Below, piece after piece: positions 12,244 through 24,607 of a stretch of 64,000 bases of DNA. The translations under genes and the position numbers were made by a program. This stretch comes from Takakia lepidozioides (lineage: Eukaryota > Plantae > Bryophyta). Every line of letters begins with the position of its first letter. Position 1 is the first letter of the stretch. The stretch is from NCBI GenBank assembly GCA_030704615.1, contig CM060732.1, positions 73,780,001 to 73,844,000 on the forward strand, written 5' to 3'. The notes beneath the pieces were generated by a model. The model had not been told where the DNA came from, did no database searches, and was given only the letters and a program-made list of their open reading frames with translations.

Positions 12244-13858
12244 CTTGCAAGCTTTTGATATGGATGGGATTCAATGATCTGGAGGTAAGTCGTGGAGTTC
12301 TACTTGTCTCGGAGATATAAGTAGGAATCTTGCTAAAGGCCCTTTTTGTTAAAAGAGATGGGAGTTCTAAGCGACGAAATTTTGATCCCAAGGGAAGCTT
12401 TGTTTCCTATTAGAGTTATCGATTTATCCTCAGGCTCGATGGACCCGCTTTCTCTTCTCACCTGCTCGCTTGCCTCCTAGGTTTTGTCGGTTGATTTGCA
12501 TTGATATTGGACTAATCCCTTTGGAAGACCTAATGTTTGATCCAAGAGAGCGGGTAATGGCCAAGTCAAGTTTATTTTTTAAATTATTTGGCTAAAGTAT
12601 GATACTTGTTGCTCTTGGACATGACTTCGCATGATGATAAGTGGAATTGAAAATGGAACCATCGACAACTCTAGCCTCATGTGAAGTGGAAAAACATATG
12701 GAAAGAGGTTTGGCTGAAAACAAGAGCGGCAAAAATTTCCGGGTTTTTGTGAAAATTCAGCAACAGATTGCTTCTCTTGGGTGACAACCAAGACCCCCCT
12801 GCTCCCTGCCGTGTCTATGCAGCTGGAGTACACATAAAACCAATTGAGCATTGCTTATTTCAATGTGCTTTTGTAGCCACTATCTGGTCAAAAATTTGTG
12901 TATTAGAAATTGGTAAAAGCCGATTGTGTAATAATTCATCTTTTGAATTTGCATAATGGCCGAACCTGGAACAAATGCTCTGTTTGGTCTTTGCCTCCGA
13001 TCACTCACTCTTTGGCATATGTGGAAAAGCAAATGCGAATGGTTCTACTCTCAAACTCCTCCTTCAATGGCATTTCAAAGACTATATATAATATTGTGAC
13101 TTATTAGTAGATGGTGTGAAAATTTGGGAGTTTTTGGGAGCAACTCTTTGCAGATGCATTGAGGACAAACAAACATCTCTCATATTCGATGCCATTTATG
13201 GTGGAGAGGAATCCTCCGCTCCGACTTTGCTGAAGGAGGCCAATGGTGGGTCTGCAAGCTACTTCGTGCGCATTGGGGGGTCCCCTAATCTATGGCCTTC
13301 AACCAAAGGCAAAGGGGAGGGGGAAGACCAAAACTAGATCGTAAGAATCGTAGCTCAAAGGTGAAAGCGAATCTCAATTTCGAAGCTTTACAAAACAAGC
13401 GTTGACTTTGACTACATTTCGATCTCAGCTACATGGGTTTTCCTCGGTGAATCTTATTGCTCAACATCCATGGGCCTATGTTGGGAACAGATGGCGTCCG
13501 GTTTCTTGGTTGTCTAGATTGCTAGCATCGTAGTTGGCCTTCAGTTCTATTTTTTTGTCTGAACAAAGTGTCATGGACATCTTCATGTTCGTCGTGTCTT
13601 GGCCTGGGCCTCGAATATTCGGCACATTTCGTTTACGTTAATTCATTTCATGGTATTGTAATTCCCATTTGGATTTTTGGTTCCTACTCTTTGTGAGCTT
13701 GTAGCTCTTGTATTCGTTGGGAAATGTGGGTAGTTGCTCCGTTGCTTGTAATGCCTTGATAGCTTTTGGAGGTTATTTTTTCCTTTGTTCATCACATTTC
13801 AGTAAAGCTTTGAGCTTGGGCCTCTGTCCATGCCTCTTTGAAGATAAAATAAAAATAA
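12244..13858 (+). mobile_element. LINE 3' part: zf-RVT region, T-rich 3' region and A-rich tail
   Basis: CRVYAAGVHIKPIEHCLFQCAFVATIW (in ORF 12768-12956) is a decayed LINE ORF2 CCHC finger. The region ends AAAATAAAAATAA near 13858; the 3' boundary is approximate. Confidence 0.65.
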
Positions 13859-14770
13859 CCATTAGTTAGTAACTGTAGTCGAGGAATTTGATAGTATAGT
13901 TTGTAGATTTTCCTTGTATTCAAATCATATTTGAAATTTAATACGTACATATGAAAAATTATAAATTATATGATATCAAATAACTCTATGATAAATATAT
14001 TACGTGATATTGTATAAAGTCTATGATAAATATAGCTAGAAGATTCAATAAAATCCTATAAATTATAAAATATAGAAAATATAACTTTATAATCTCAATA
14101 TTAACGGATATAAAACAATAGAAAATGATATAACTGGATGGATCTAAATGGATAATCTAAAATGACCTACGATATTGAAAAACTTGCTTGTGGAAAGTGG
14201 GAAAAATTGCCCCATTGGGGAGTGCCATTTGTAAAGCTTATTTTTCTGTTCTTGGAATATATTGTAAATATATCCCTTCCTCTAGTGTCAAAAGGGAATT
14301 TATAGAGCCCACCCCCTAAAAGGGGGCAATATCCACTTGGGGCAGAAGCTTTATTTACGCTAACTTCGGTTGGTGTAATTTATATATATATCAAAAGTGA
14401 ATGCAATTGATAGAGCTAGCCTGGCCTGAATCGGAGAATCTTACTGCAGAGTACGTGAGTACAATCTCCAATGACTTGGTTGAACACAACATCACTACTT
14501 TACAACCAAATCTCAACTACATTCATGTACAGTTCTGGCACACAAAAACCACTGGGCAAAGCCCAAGCCCCCATCGATTATATAGATAGACCATACTAAT
14601 TTAAACAGTCGGGTGGCCTGTGCATATTGGCTCCACCGATTGCAACATTCCCCATCACACATCAGCGCCAGCTGGGTGCTTGGGTTATTGTTAACAAGAG
14701 ACAAGTTCATACAACTAACTAACATTGAGCACTGTGACAGAACGGACTTATTCCAATGTCGAATCCTAGG

Positions 14771-15248
14771 GGGGCCACACATGACATATGCGTTCGCTGA
14801 ACGCCATTCCTATAACGCAAGGCCTTGGCCCACAACAGTGTTAGGCCGTTCCAATACTTCCGGCAGCACGTCTGTTTGACATAGTTTTTTGACATCCAAG
14901 AAGCTGCGTTATGGAGATGGAGTGACGTCCTTTGTATGGTGCGGCCAATGTGGATGTGTTACGAGCACTCAAGTCAATACTAGTTATCTGGTTGTCAATA
15001 CTTGCTTATAAATGCCACAACGTAAAACAAAAAAAATACGAGCTTGCAGAAAAGAGAATGAGAAGAGAGCGGGAAGAGAGGCCAAGCCTACGACCACCTC
15101 ACTAGTATGATTTAGATTAAATGTCTTTTACGTTTAGAGCATCACCACTCACAAGGGATATAGAGAGTATGAATGCATGCACTCACAATGCTTGCTAGTG
15201 TAGAGTAACACATGCAAAAATATCCCTCGATATTGCACTTAGGCACTT
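14771..15248 (+). repeat. Left arm of a ~480-bp long inverted repeat (partner 19946-20417)
   Basis: Colinear reverse-complement similarity along the whole arm, e.g. ACTCACAAGGGATATAGAGAGTA vs TACTCTCTATATCCCTTGTGAGT. Confidence 0.85.
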
Positions 15249-15929
15249 CAACCACCAGTCTAAAAATTTTGGATTGTGCTTTTTCTTTTGTAGTTAAGAT
15301 TTTCAGAGTGTAGGGCATGTTCTCATGAGCATGTGGCATAGTCACTCTCACAATTTGAGTGCGTTATGACTGAGATTGAGATATGTCCAAAGAACGAAAG
15401 AAGCCTCCCAAAACTAGGAAGTGATACTTCAGCCCCCCTAACAAATTTGGACCATCAGAGTGTGGGGCATGCCCCCATAAGCATGTACCATCCACTACGC
15501 CAAATCATGGTTTTTCTGACTCTTGTTTTTGGAGAGTCATGGTTTTCATGACTCAAACCATGACTCAATGTCATCATCGTTCAAAATTGTCATGAGTATG
15601 ACCAAAAATGACCAAAAAGGGCGTGTATATGCCTCTATCCCGGTGAACGTCGTTTGACTGGAATGGAGTGGGATCATGGGTCACACACATGACTCTAAAC
15701 AGTAATGCAAATGACAAATTTGATTATTTTCATTCATCTATTGGACGATTTCATTACATGCAAGGATTTGGATGATTTCATCCACCTATTTTCATTTACA
15801 CGGGGACTTCGATACTTTTCAAGAACGCCCTAACTATCACTCTTCTTCCTGCTCCGAGAGCCTACTAGGGTGGCGATCGAGGGGATGCTCTGGTTAGAGG
15901 CTTTGGAAGGATACGGGAAGGAGTGTCAT

Positions 15930-16690
15930 TATGAACAGTACCTCCTGGATATGCCAAATGTGGAGCCTCGAGGGAGCGTTCAACAATATGGCTTTAACGA
16001 AATGTGGTGTGGTGGAGCATGAAGCAGAGCTGGCACGAGCTTTGCAAAGATCCTTGTCGATGGTGGACAGTCGCAGTCGCAAGGTGTGGCTTTCTTAATG
16101 TATGTTGAGAAGAAGTTTGTACGCCAAATGTGGAGCCATCGAGAGGATGCAAAGGGAGCGTTCAACAATATGGCTTAACGAAATGTGGTGTCGTGGAGCA
16201 TGAAGCAGAGCTGGCACGAGCTTTGCAAAGATCCTTGTCGATGGTGGACAGTCGCAGTCGCAAGGTGTGGCTTTCTTAATGTACGTTGAGAAGAAGTTTA
16301 TTCAGAACCCTCGTGGATATGTATGCCAAATGTGGAGCCATCGAGGATGCAAAGGGAGCGTTCAACAATATGGCTTAACGAAATGTGGTGTCGTGGAGCA
16401 TGAAGCAGAGCTGGCACGAGCTTGTAAAGATCCTTGTCGATGGTGGGACAGTCACAGTCGCAAGGTGTGGCTTTCTTAATGTACGTTGAGAAAAAGTTTG
16501 TCGTAATTCTAAACAGTACCCTCGTGGATATGTATGCCAAATGTGGAGCCATCGAGCATGCAAAGGGAGCGGCTTAATGAAATGTGGTGTCGTGGAGCAT
16601 GACGCAGAGCTGGCACGAGTTTTCTGAAGATCCTTCTCAAAGGTGGGACATGCGCAGTCGCAAGGTGTGGCTTTCATAATGTAGAAGTCT
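15930..16690 (+). repeat. Four tandem ~170-210-bp chimeric units, each a PPR motif fused to a PDF half-motif
   Basis: GCCAAATGTGGAGCC recurs at ~15953, 16122, 16325 and 16536. Each unit encodes (LVDMY)AKCGAIEDAKGAFNNM..NVVSWS followed by WHELCKDPCRWWDSxSRK|GT. Confidence 0.85.
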
Positions 16691-16699
16691 GTCAATGTG

Positions 16700-18770
16700 C
16701 GTTCTTCCTGCTAGTATCATGATTTGGTATTTCTCCTGGTCTTTACAAGGTACTGGGAAGGTCAGCTTGGTCTTAGGAAGCTGAGTTCAAACCTATGGTT
16801 GCTCAGCTGCACCATGGTGGTTCTCCTCACAGCCCAATCCGAGATCACCTGACTACAAACATAAGTAGCACATGCAAGAGGTCCTTTTGGGTTTAGGGCT
16901 GGTCAAGAATCCTCCATTGTTGCAAAAACATGTATGCTTTCATGGCACAAGGTCAAGGACAGTGTGGTGAGGGCACCTTCTTCTTCAACACATTTCAACC
17001 GATTTTTCCATCTTATCACAGTCGCCCCTAGATTTTTCATATTGACAAGTAAGCTCGTTGGGTGGAGCTATGATGGTGTGGAGTAATTTTGACATGTTAC
17101 TGCCAATGTAGCAATAGAGAAGTAGCCAACAAGACGAGGAGAAGTTCAAGGGTATCATCTTACCCTTGACAAATGGGTCACGGACATGTATTCATCAATC
17201 ACCATCACATATTGGTATTGAACATTTCTAGATGTCATTCTGAACAATACCCGCATGGACACATATGTCAAATGTGGAGCAAGATTCGGATCCATACATG
17301 ATTGTTTCGGAGGCAGGGGTAGTTGAAGGAGCAGGAATGAGGGTGGGTAGAAATTCATGCAAGAGGGCTGGGTTTCAAGCACAATATTACCTATGATTCA
17401 CTGTGGATCAATAGCTACAAGAAACCTGCATAGGTAGATGGTCATCTGGAAACAGCAGCAGCGGCACAATGCACAAGATGACCACAGCTTCCAAAAGAGG
17501 ACAAAGAGATGGATCCACAAAATGTTCTTTATAACGATTGGCGGGAATGTGAGGATGCTTGATCATGTGAGGAAGGACAACTGAAAGAGGCTCTACAGAC
17601 TTTACACCAAGGGAGCGTTTCATGACCGTAAATTCAAATACTTATGTTTGTTTCTGCATAAGTATGCATCAGGTCCTGGTATCTACGTCTGAATCCTTCA
17701 TAGCAGTAGATGATGTGCTGTGATGTGACCACCATATGAAGCTTTACAAGATATGAATTCTCCTTCTGTCATACACTCAACTAGGTGAATGGGAGGCCTC
17801 GCTCCATGCAGCTGAGGTAGGGGGGCATGGCAATAACATGAAACACTTTGTACTTTCCCTTCTTGACAAGGCCGATAATTGGTATATGGCATGTAGGTCA
17901 ACACTGGAAGGTGAATGCCTGTTAGATTACAGAGAGTAGCAGACACAATTCAGCATAGGAACTATGGAGAAGCTGAGTTGGATGTTTCCTAGAACAAATC
18001 TAGGCTGTCATCATCAGCTGCAAGGCAAGGATGTATGTATGGTTTGTGCAGAGGCAGTGATAGTTGAAGGAGCAGGGATAGAGTGTGGGTCTAGATTTAT
18101 CCAAGAGGTCCAGATTTCAAGCACAAGATTACCTATGATTCCCTGTGGATCAATAGCTACAAGAAACCTGCATGGGTAGATGGTCAGCTAAAGGCAGCTG
18201 TTGCAGCGGCACAGTTGATAAAATCAGGCACCTCAACCATGACCACAGCTTCTGAAAGGGAGGGAGTCCACAATGCCTCTTTTAGAAGCGGCGGCAGCGC
18301 AATTGATAGAACAAGGCACTGCTAATGAAGGTGCATTCTTCAACACATTTCAGCCTGTTTTTCTTCTGTTATCAAAGTCGTCCCTAAATTTTCATGTTGA
18401 ATTCTGCAAGTTAGCTCGTTGATGGATCTATGGTGGTTTTGGAGTGATTTTGACATGTTACTGCCAATGTGGCAACAGGAAAGTATCGAAAAGATAACAG
18501 AGACGAGGAGACGCCCTGGAAGGAATACGTTTCCAACCCCAGTCAATGGTGGAACAATCTCCGCAAAAAGGTGAATGGTGTTGGAAGCAGACGCAAGTCA
18601 GCATAGGAACTAGTGTGATAAGTAGGGTTGGGTGTTTGCTGGAACAATTCTAGGATGTCATTGTCAACTGCTAGCAGCACTGCAGAGGCATGGATATGTG
18701 AAGGAGTAGGGATAGAGTGTGGGTCCAGAATCATCCAAGAGGGCCGATTTTATTTGCAAGGGTTTCTTCC
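16700..18770 (+). pseudogene. Captured PDF-motif and PLS-PPR gene fragments, homologous to the cargo of element A but inverted
   Basis: AG|IYPRGPDFKHKITYDSLWINSYKKPAWVD from 18095. EETPWKEYVSNPSQWWNNLRKK|GT ends at 18570. CEEGQLKEALQTL at 17566-17604. Confidence 0.85.
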
Positions 18771-19945
18771 AGTAGTGTTTTCCATAGATATCCATCAACA
18801 GTACAAATAGGTGTTACATTTGAGTGGTTAGCTAAATAGATCTCATGTAGTATTTACGTATTTACAATTGCGCACTCCTATTGGAATCTGCACTTGTTGT
18901 TGATATGCTTATACATGTGTGCATTCATGTGCAGGACATGTGATCTTGATCTCTTGTAAGGAAGGATGCAGAAGGTCTTGGGGCAGAAGGAGGCATGCTA
19001 TGGACAATCAGGGAGGAGGAAGGTGCTCGGTTTGTCACATTTTTGGATCCATATATGTGCAGTGGGTAGTTGGGTAGTTGGGCTACTATTGAGAGATTAC
19101 ATTCTTGAAAATACTCCACTTTTTTGTTGATCTGGAGGCATTGCACAGATTTGAAACAGGGAACCATTGTCTTCCTATCATATTTCCATCAATTGTCGAA
19201 TCTTTTTTACCCAATTGGTTCGTGACACCGTGTATTTGTGCAAAATTATATATTCTCCATATTATAAATTACATATAAATGGTATTTTGAATACATATAA
19301 ATAGAATAAGTTCAGTAAACCTACAACACAAATTAAACCACAGTCCCCTGTTCTTTGAAAAATAAAATAAAATAAAATAAGAAAATAAATCCAAATAAAA
19401 GTAAAAATAAACAGAAAGCAAACGCATATTCACGTGACACGTGGCTCGTTCTGGCATGCGTGCAAGATAGCGTCGTCCCTACACCTGTCATCATCTGAAA
19501 GTGACACGTAGCAGTCCGGGGAGAGTCGCGTGTTGCTAAAAATCAGTCACGGACGTCTTGCTCACTAGGGGATGTCACCTAGAGTCATATCCACGACGCG
19601 GATATTAGAGTTATCGTAGTGACACGGTCTGCATGACTCTTTGCAAAAGAGTAAAAAATGAGTCAAAATGATAAAAAGAATCATGAAAACAGTAAAAAAA
19701 AGTGTCATGAAACCCGTTTTTTGTACTAGTGATCATCCCTCACTCAATTTGTAGAGCTGAACCTAGGTCTATTGCAAAATTAGGCGACAACATCATGAAT
19801 TCAATGGGATCCATAGATTAAGATTTGAAAGAAAATGCACTTGAAAATTGACAACAAAAATGAAGTGTGGATTGATAGAGTAAGATTGAAGACTAAAAAA
19901 ACTAAAGAGTATGTGGAATATGAAAACTAAACAGTGTCAATTTTC

Positions 19946-20417
19946 AAGTGCTGAAGTGTAATTTTGAGGGACATTTTTGCATGTGTTGCTCTATACTAGT
20001 AAGAATTGTGAGTGCATACATTCCTACTCTCTATATCCCTTGTGAGTGATGATGCTCTAAACGTAAAATACATTTAGTCTAAATCATACAAGTGAGTTTA
20101 AGCTTGGCCTCTCTTCCCGCTCTACTCTCCTTCTCTTCTCTGCAAGTTCGTGTTTTGTTTTATAACGTTGTGACATTTACAAGCAAATATTGACAAATTG
20201 ATAACTAGTATTGACATGAATGCTTGTGGCACACCCACATTGGCTGTACCATATGTCGATCCATCTCCTGCAGCTTCTCGGACGTTAACTCGGACGTTAA
20301 AGAACTATGTTGAGTGGACGTGCCGCCAGAAGTATTGGAACAGCCTGACACTGCTGCCCGCTGAGGCCTCACGTTATGGGAATGACTTTAACAGAATGAT
20401 ATGTCATGTGTGGCCCC
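19946..20417 (-). repeat. Right arm of the ~480-bp long inverted repeat
   Basis: Reverse complement of 14771-15248 with scattered substitutions and indels. Confidence 0.85.
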
Positions 20418-21266
20418 ATATCCATGGCCAATGGAGTCCACGGACGTTCGTCCTACCAACGCACAGCGGATCGTCCTACCAATGCACAGCGGGGCATGTG
20501 TGGCGTGGGTAGAGCTTCGCACATTCAAGGCTTTAATAATTTGATAACCGCACCAAATGATTGTAATTGTACCACTATGCAAACATACATTCAGTTCACA
20601 ATCTGTTTTGTTGGCTTTGTCCCTTCATGCAGAGACTTAGCATCATGTTTAAGTCAAAGGAGAAAATGTGGTCATCAAACTTTACACCGTGTCAAGAGTG
20701 TGATTGGTCTAAAAAGGCTCTTAAGTATAAACCACGTGGCAGCTTGTCAAAGTTGTTGCTCCAATGGACTCAGCCTCTCGCAGTTTGCAGCTTGTTGGTT
20801 TTGTTGTTATGGGGGCATCTCTCTCCAAATTTAGCAACCTCAAATAGCTGTTAATGCGCAGGAAGAATGAATACATACAAGGACTGTCAACTTCCAAGGG
20901 ACACTGACCAAACCTGTAGTGTGCCAAAGGTTGAAGGATACATACTGGGAATGTTGTATGTCTCTAATGCTGAGCATAAGATAGAATGCATTGCTACTAC
21001 TCCCAAACTAGCACTGTTGTGGGTGATGTAACTGCTGCAGCCCAAGAGGAGTGAATTAAGACAAGGAATGGATTACCCATTGGATTTCATGTGGACTCAA
21101 ATTAACGACTACACTCCTGCATCTTCACAGTTGAGCAAAAGAGACCTACCCACAGCAATAGCGGCGAATCATATATTATCATATGATGGCACTCTACTTG
21201 TGGCCATGAAACTTCAGCCAAAATGAATTTTAAGAATATAGCCCCATGTGAACGCAACCTATACCC

Positions 21267-24243
21267 TCAAATTGCGGCAGAGATGGTGGCATTACTGTTA
21301 TCTGCTAATATCAATGGGCTTTCTGGTTCTTCCTTTCTTCGATGCTTCCACCTCAAATTTTGGGGTCGTAGTCCAATCACCCCTACTGCTGCATGTGCAT
21401 TATGAGCTTTGCAGACTCTAACAACTGCATCATAAGCTGTGCATGGAGGATCCAGCTTCAGTTGTGTCATCTTTACATAAAGAGAGAGTGCAGGCTTCCA
21501 CTGTCCTTCATTGGCCAAGGCTTCAATGACCTGACAATCCGGTTCAACAATACATCATTCATTAGCAGCAGAAAAAGAGCCCTCCAGAAATTGAGAGCAA
21601 CACGCTCCCTAGATGAAGAAGTGCAGCACACCTTGAATTCAAACTCGCGACTACCTAGGTGGGTCGACAAGGAGCGGGGAGGGACAAGAGAGTGAGACAC
21701 CTGTGCATAGGTGATGGCATCAGGTTTCACCAGTGCCGCCTTCATCTGCTCCAACCATTCCAGTGCTCGCTGACCATCAGCAGCCCTTGCGCATGCTGTT
21801 ATTAGTGCATTGTATGTCACAACAGTTGGCTCCTGGCCTGAAGTTCGCATCTCATCCAGCAGTTTCATTGCATCCCCGTACTTGCCCCATTTTCCATAAG
21901 CAGAAATCATCGTGGTATAAGCGTAGTCATTGGGTTTCACTCCCACTTTGTGCATGTGTTGCCACACCTATATAGTTTTAATTGGGTCAGTTATTGTATA
22001 CAAGTCACACCAAGTAAATCATGATCCATGCGATGATTCCACCGCAGTAGGGTTGCTTAAAACTTGTAAGATAGTCTCCTCGGTGGTTCCACTTCTGGGC
22101 AAAAAGTCTCTGAAACTGCTAGACTTTTGAAGGGAGATGCTCAATATGAGTGATTTTCCTAGTGAGAGATTACAAATAAAACTCAGGGCTTTTGATGCAT
22201 GAATTTGATCAGCATAGGCAGCAAAACTGCTTTGTATGTTAGTTGACAAGCTTCTATCAGTCCACCAGTGATCCAGCGACGCTTGTCTGCCGCCAAGTTT
22301 CATTTCATGTGTGAGCATAGTAGAAGAGAGCACAGTCCAACATATCCACATGTCGGTGATATATGATGCCCCTATTTGCAGGCTGAGACATTACTGATTT
22401 AGGCTGCATTTAGAGATACATGGTGATCGCAGGTGATCCTTTTGCCGTTTTCTTCTGCAGACAACATCAAGTTGTTTGTACTGAAATTACAGTGGCTCTG
22501 AGTCTTGTAGGCCCTGTGACACACAGATGCAGTAAAAAGGCTTGGTGTCCCTGAGAGCTGAGGTCTTCAATAGATCATTACTTGTATGCGACAACCAATT
22601 TCAAATATAATACAAGGTGAGCACACCTGTTCAGCTTTCTCGTGAAGGGACCCCTTTTCCAGCGCGCTGAGCAGCGCTCCATACGACAGGATCCCAGGCT
22701 TCTGGCCCCTGTCTGCCATTCTCTGAAACACTTGGACTGCGGCAGCTGTCTCATTGGACTGGGCGCATGCAATCACTGCGGAGTTCCATGCAAATGCATC
22801 TGGTTCGATACCTTTCTCTATCATTTTGTCCAGCAACTGCACAGCCCATCTCCCGATCCGCCTTTCCCTTGCTGAATTCAACAGAATTTTGAAGTGCGAG
22901 AGAAGCAATCTTTGTGTGGCCTCATTTGGAGGTGGCCCAGTTTTTAACATGTCTTCATACACCTCAAGTGCAGCCCACCATTTCTTTCCCTTGCCCAAGA
23001 CTTTAATTACGTGGTTGTACACAGACACACTCGTCGGAAACTCTTGGTCACGCATGCTAATATACAGGGCCTTGACAAGAACGTGATCCCTGTCTCTCTG
23101 TCCACATGCCCGAATAAGATCCTTACACATCTTTGCATCAAAAACTACCTGTGCTCTTCTCATTCTCTCCAAAAGACTTGAGATTTGCAGGGAGGTGCTG
23201 GTATCATCAGCCAGCCAAGCCCACAGCCTACGACAACACATTTGCACCACGAATTGGTCCAGTTCCTCCCTCTGCTCCTTTTCTCTCTTGAGTTCCACTC
23301 CTCGGCTCTCATGTTGCTTCAGCTCGCTGAAAATTTCGAGGGCGCGCTCAACATCCCCACTTCTAGCAAGAATCTGTATCACATTCCTGTACGTGAATAG
23401 ACATGGCAGTATGCCTAATCCTTTCAAATCCTCGTAAACTTCCATAGCTTCACCATAGCGGTGTTGTTGATCATACATACTGATAACCGTATTGAACGTT
23501 ACGATGTCCGGAGCAGGACCGTTCTCTCTCATCTCCTCTAATATACTACCTGCCATTTCATAACAGCGATTTGCCTTCAAAGCCCCTAACAAGCTATTGT
23601 AGGTGTACACATTCGGTCGAGCTATTTCTTCATCCTTTTGCTGCAGCCACCGCAAAACGCCGACGGCGGCGTCGGGTTTTCCCTCCATGCCCAGCTTCTG
23701 TATTACAGATGTGAAAACGGAAAGAGAAAATTGTAGATCTTCCACAATGGCATCAACAGCTGCCGCATCCTGGGCTCCTCGCAACGCCCATGTCAGGGCA
23801 CGAACTGTTGGTGTAAGATCCCTATCGCCTTTCCTCTTGTTGCACGTTTCATGCACAATGCGCTTTTTCAGTGCCTCCTTGTCCCTCTTCCCGGGCCACG
23901 ATCCCTTCACCCTAGTAGTCTCACCCATCTCATCTTCTTTTAAACAATCAACAGCCGTATCGAGTAGTCCAGCTCGCTTCCCTGCCTGAGATTGTCTATG
24001 AACTCCTTTCGTTAGGGGGCCAGAAAAATTTCTGGTACCAAAACCTCGGTAAGACGAAACTACATAAATTCCAGTATCCGGTGATGGCTGCAACTCGTCA
24101 GAATGTCCGACGCACCTTCCCGCAGGAATGCAAAAGGGCCTATGATTCAACCTAGGATTTACACAGTAAGCCGGTTCAGCATCGAAGGAGGAGGCAGGAA
24201 AGCAAAAGAGACAAGAATGCGGCACACATGCTATCAACGCCAT
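21267..24243 (-). CDS. LPE1: P-class PPR protein, homolog of Arabidopsis LPE1/At3g46610; 3 exons, ~715 aa
   Basis: Exons 24243-22627, 21967-21701, 21530-21267, all GT-AG, phase 0. Diagnostic segments: KKWWAALEVYEDML, LLSHFKILLNSARERRIGRWAVQLLDKM, SYGALLSALEKG, IEALANEG. Confidence 0.88.
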
Positions 24244-24607
24244 TTGCTCCAGCGCCTAAACGATGTGTCACTTCTGCTGCGAAAACGCCGCGCTACTGCA
24301 CCTCTGCACATGGCCTCCCTCTCTCTCTCTCACTCACTCTCCCGAAGTGGATTTGTGAGCTCCTAAATTGCAAAAAGAACAGCTTTCAGGTGAGTGCAGA
24401 AGATGGAAGCAGACATTCATAGATTCGCCATGTTCAGGCTCCTGCATTGTGCCCTGTCTGTGAGAGAGACTAAATCCATTCTTCAAAGAAGGAGACAGCA
24501 GTCTCGTGTAAGACCTTTGTACTAACTTATCACCATCTCTGGCGTCGGAGAGAGATGGATAACTGGACGGTAGACTACCCATTGACTGCATTGACAGCAT
24601 CTAAACG

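Larger units (their letters stand above)
15493..19731. mobile_element. Non-autonomous Pack-CACTA element B (4239 bp)
   Basis: Starts CACTACGCCAAATCATGG and ends CCCGTTTTTTGTACTAGTG. Perfect 3-bp TSD ATC at 15490-15492 and 19732-19734. ATGACT/AGTCAT subterminal repeats; the interior is PPR/PDF fragments. Confidence 0.85.

Noticed and set aside
14195-14338. Small MITE (AAGTGG..ATTGCCCC / GGGGCAAT..CCACTT)
   Set aside because: The inverted match is short and gapped, and no TSD was found.
15930-16690. CRISPR-like or satellite array
   Set aside because: Units are ~200 bp, have no unique spacers and translate to PPR and PDF motifs; the context is eukaryotic.
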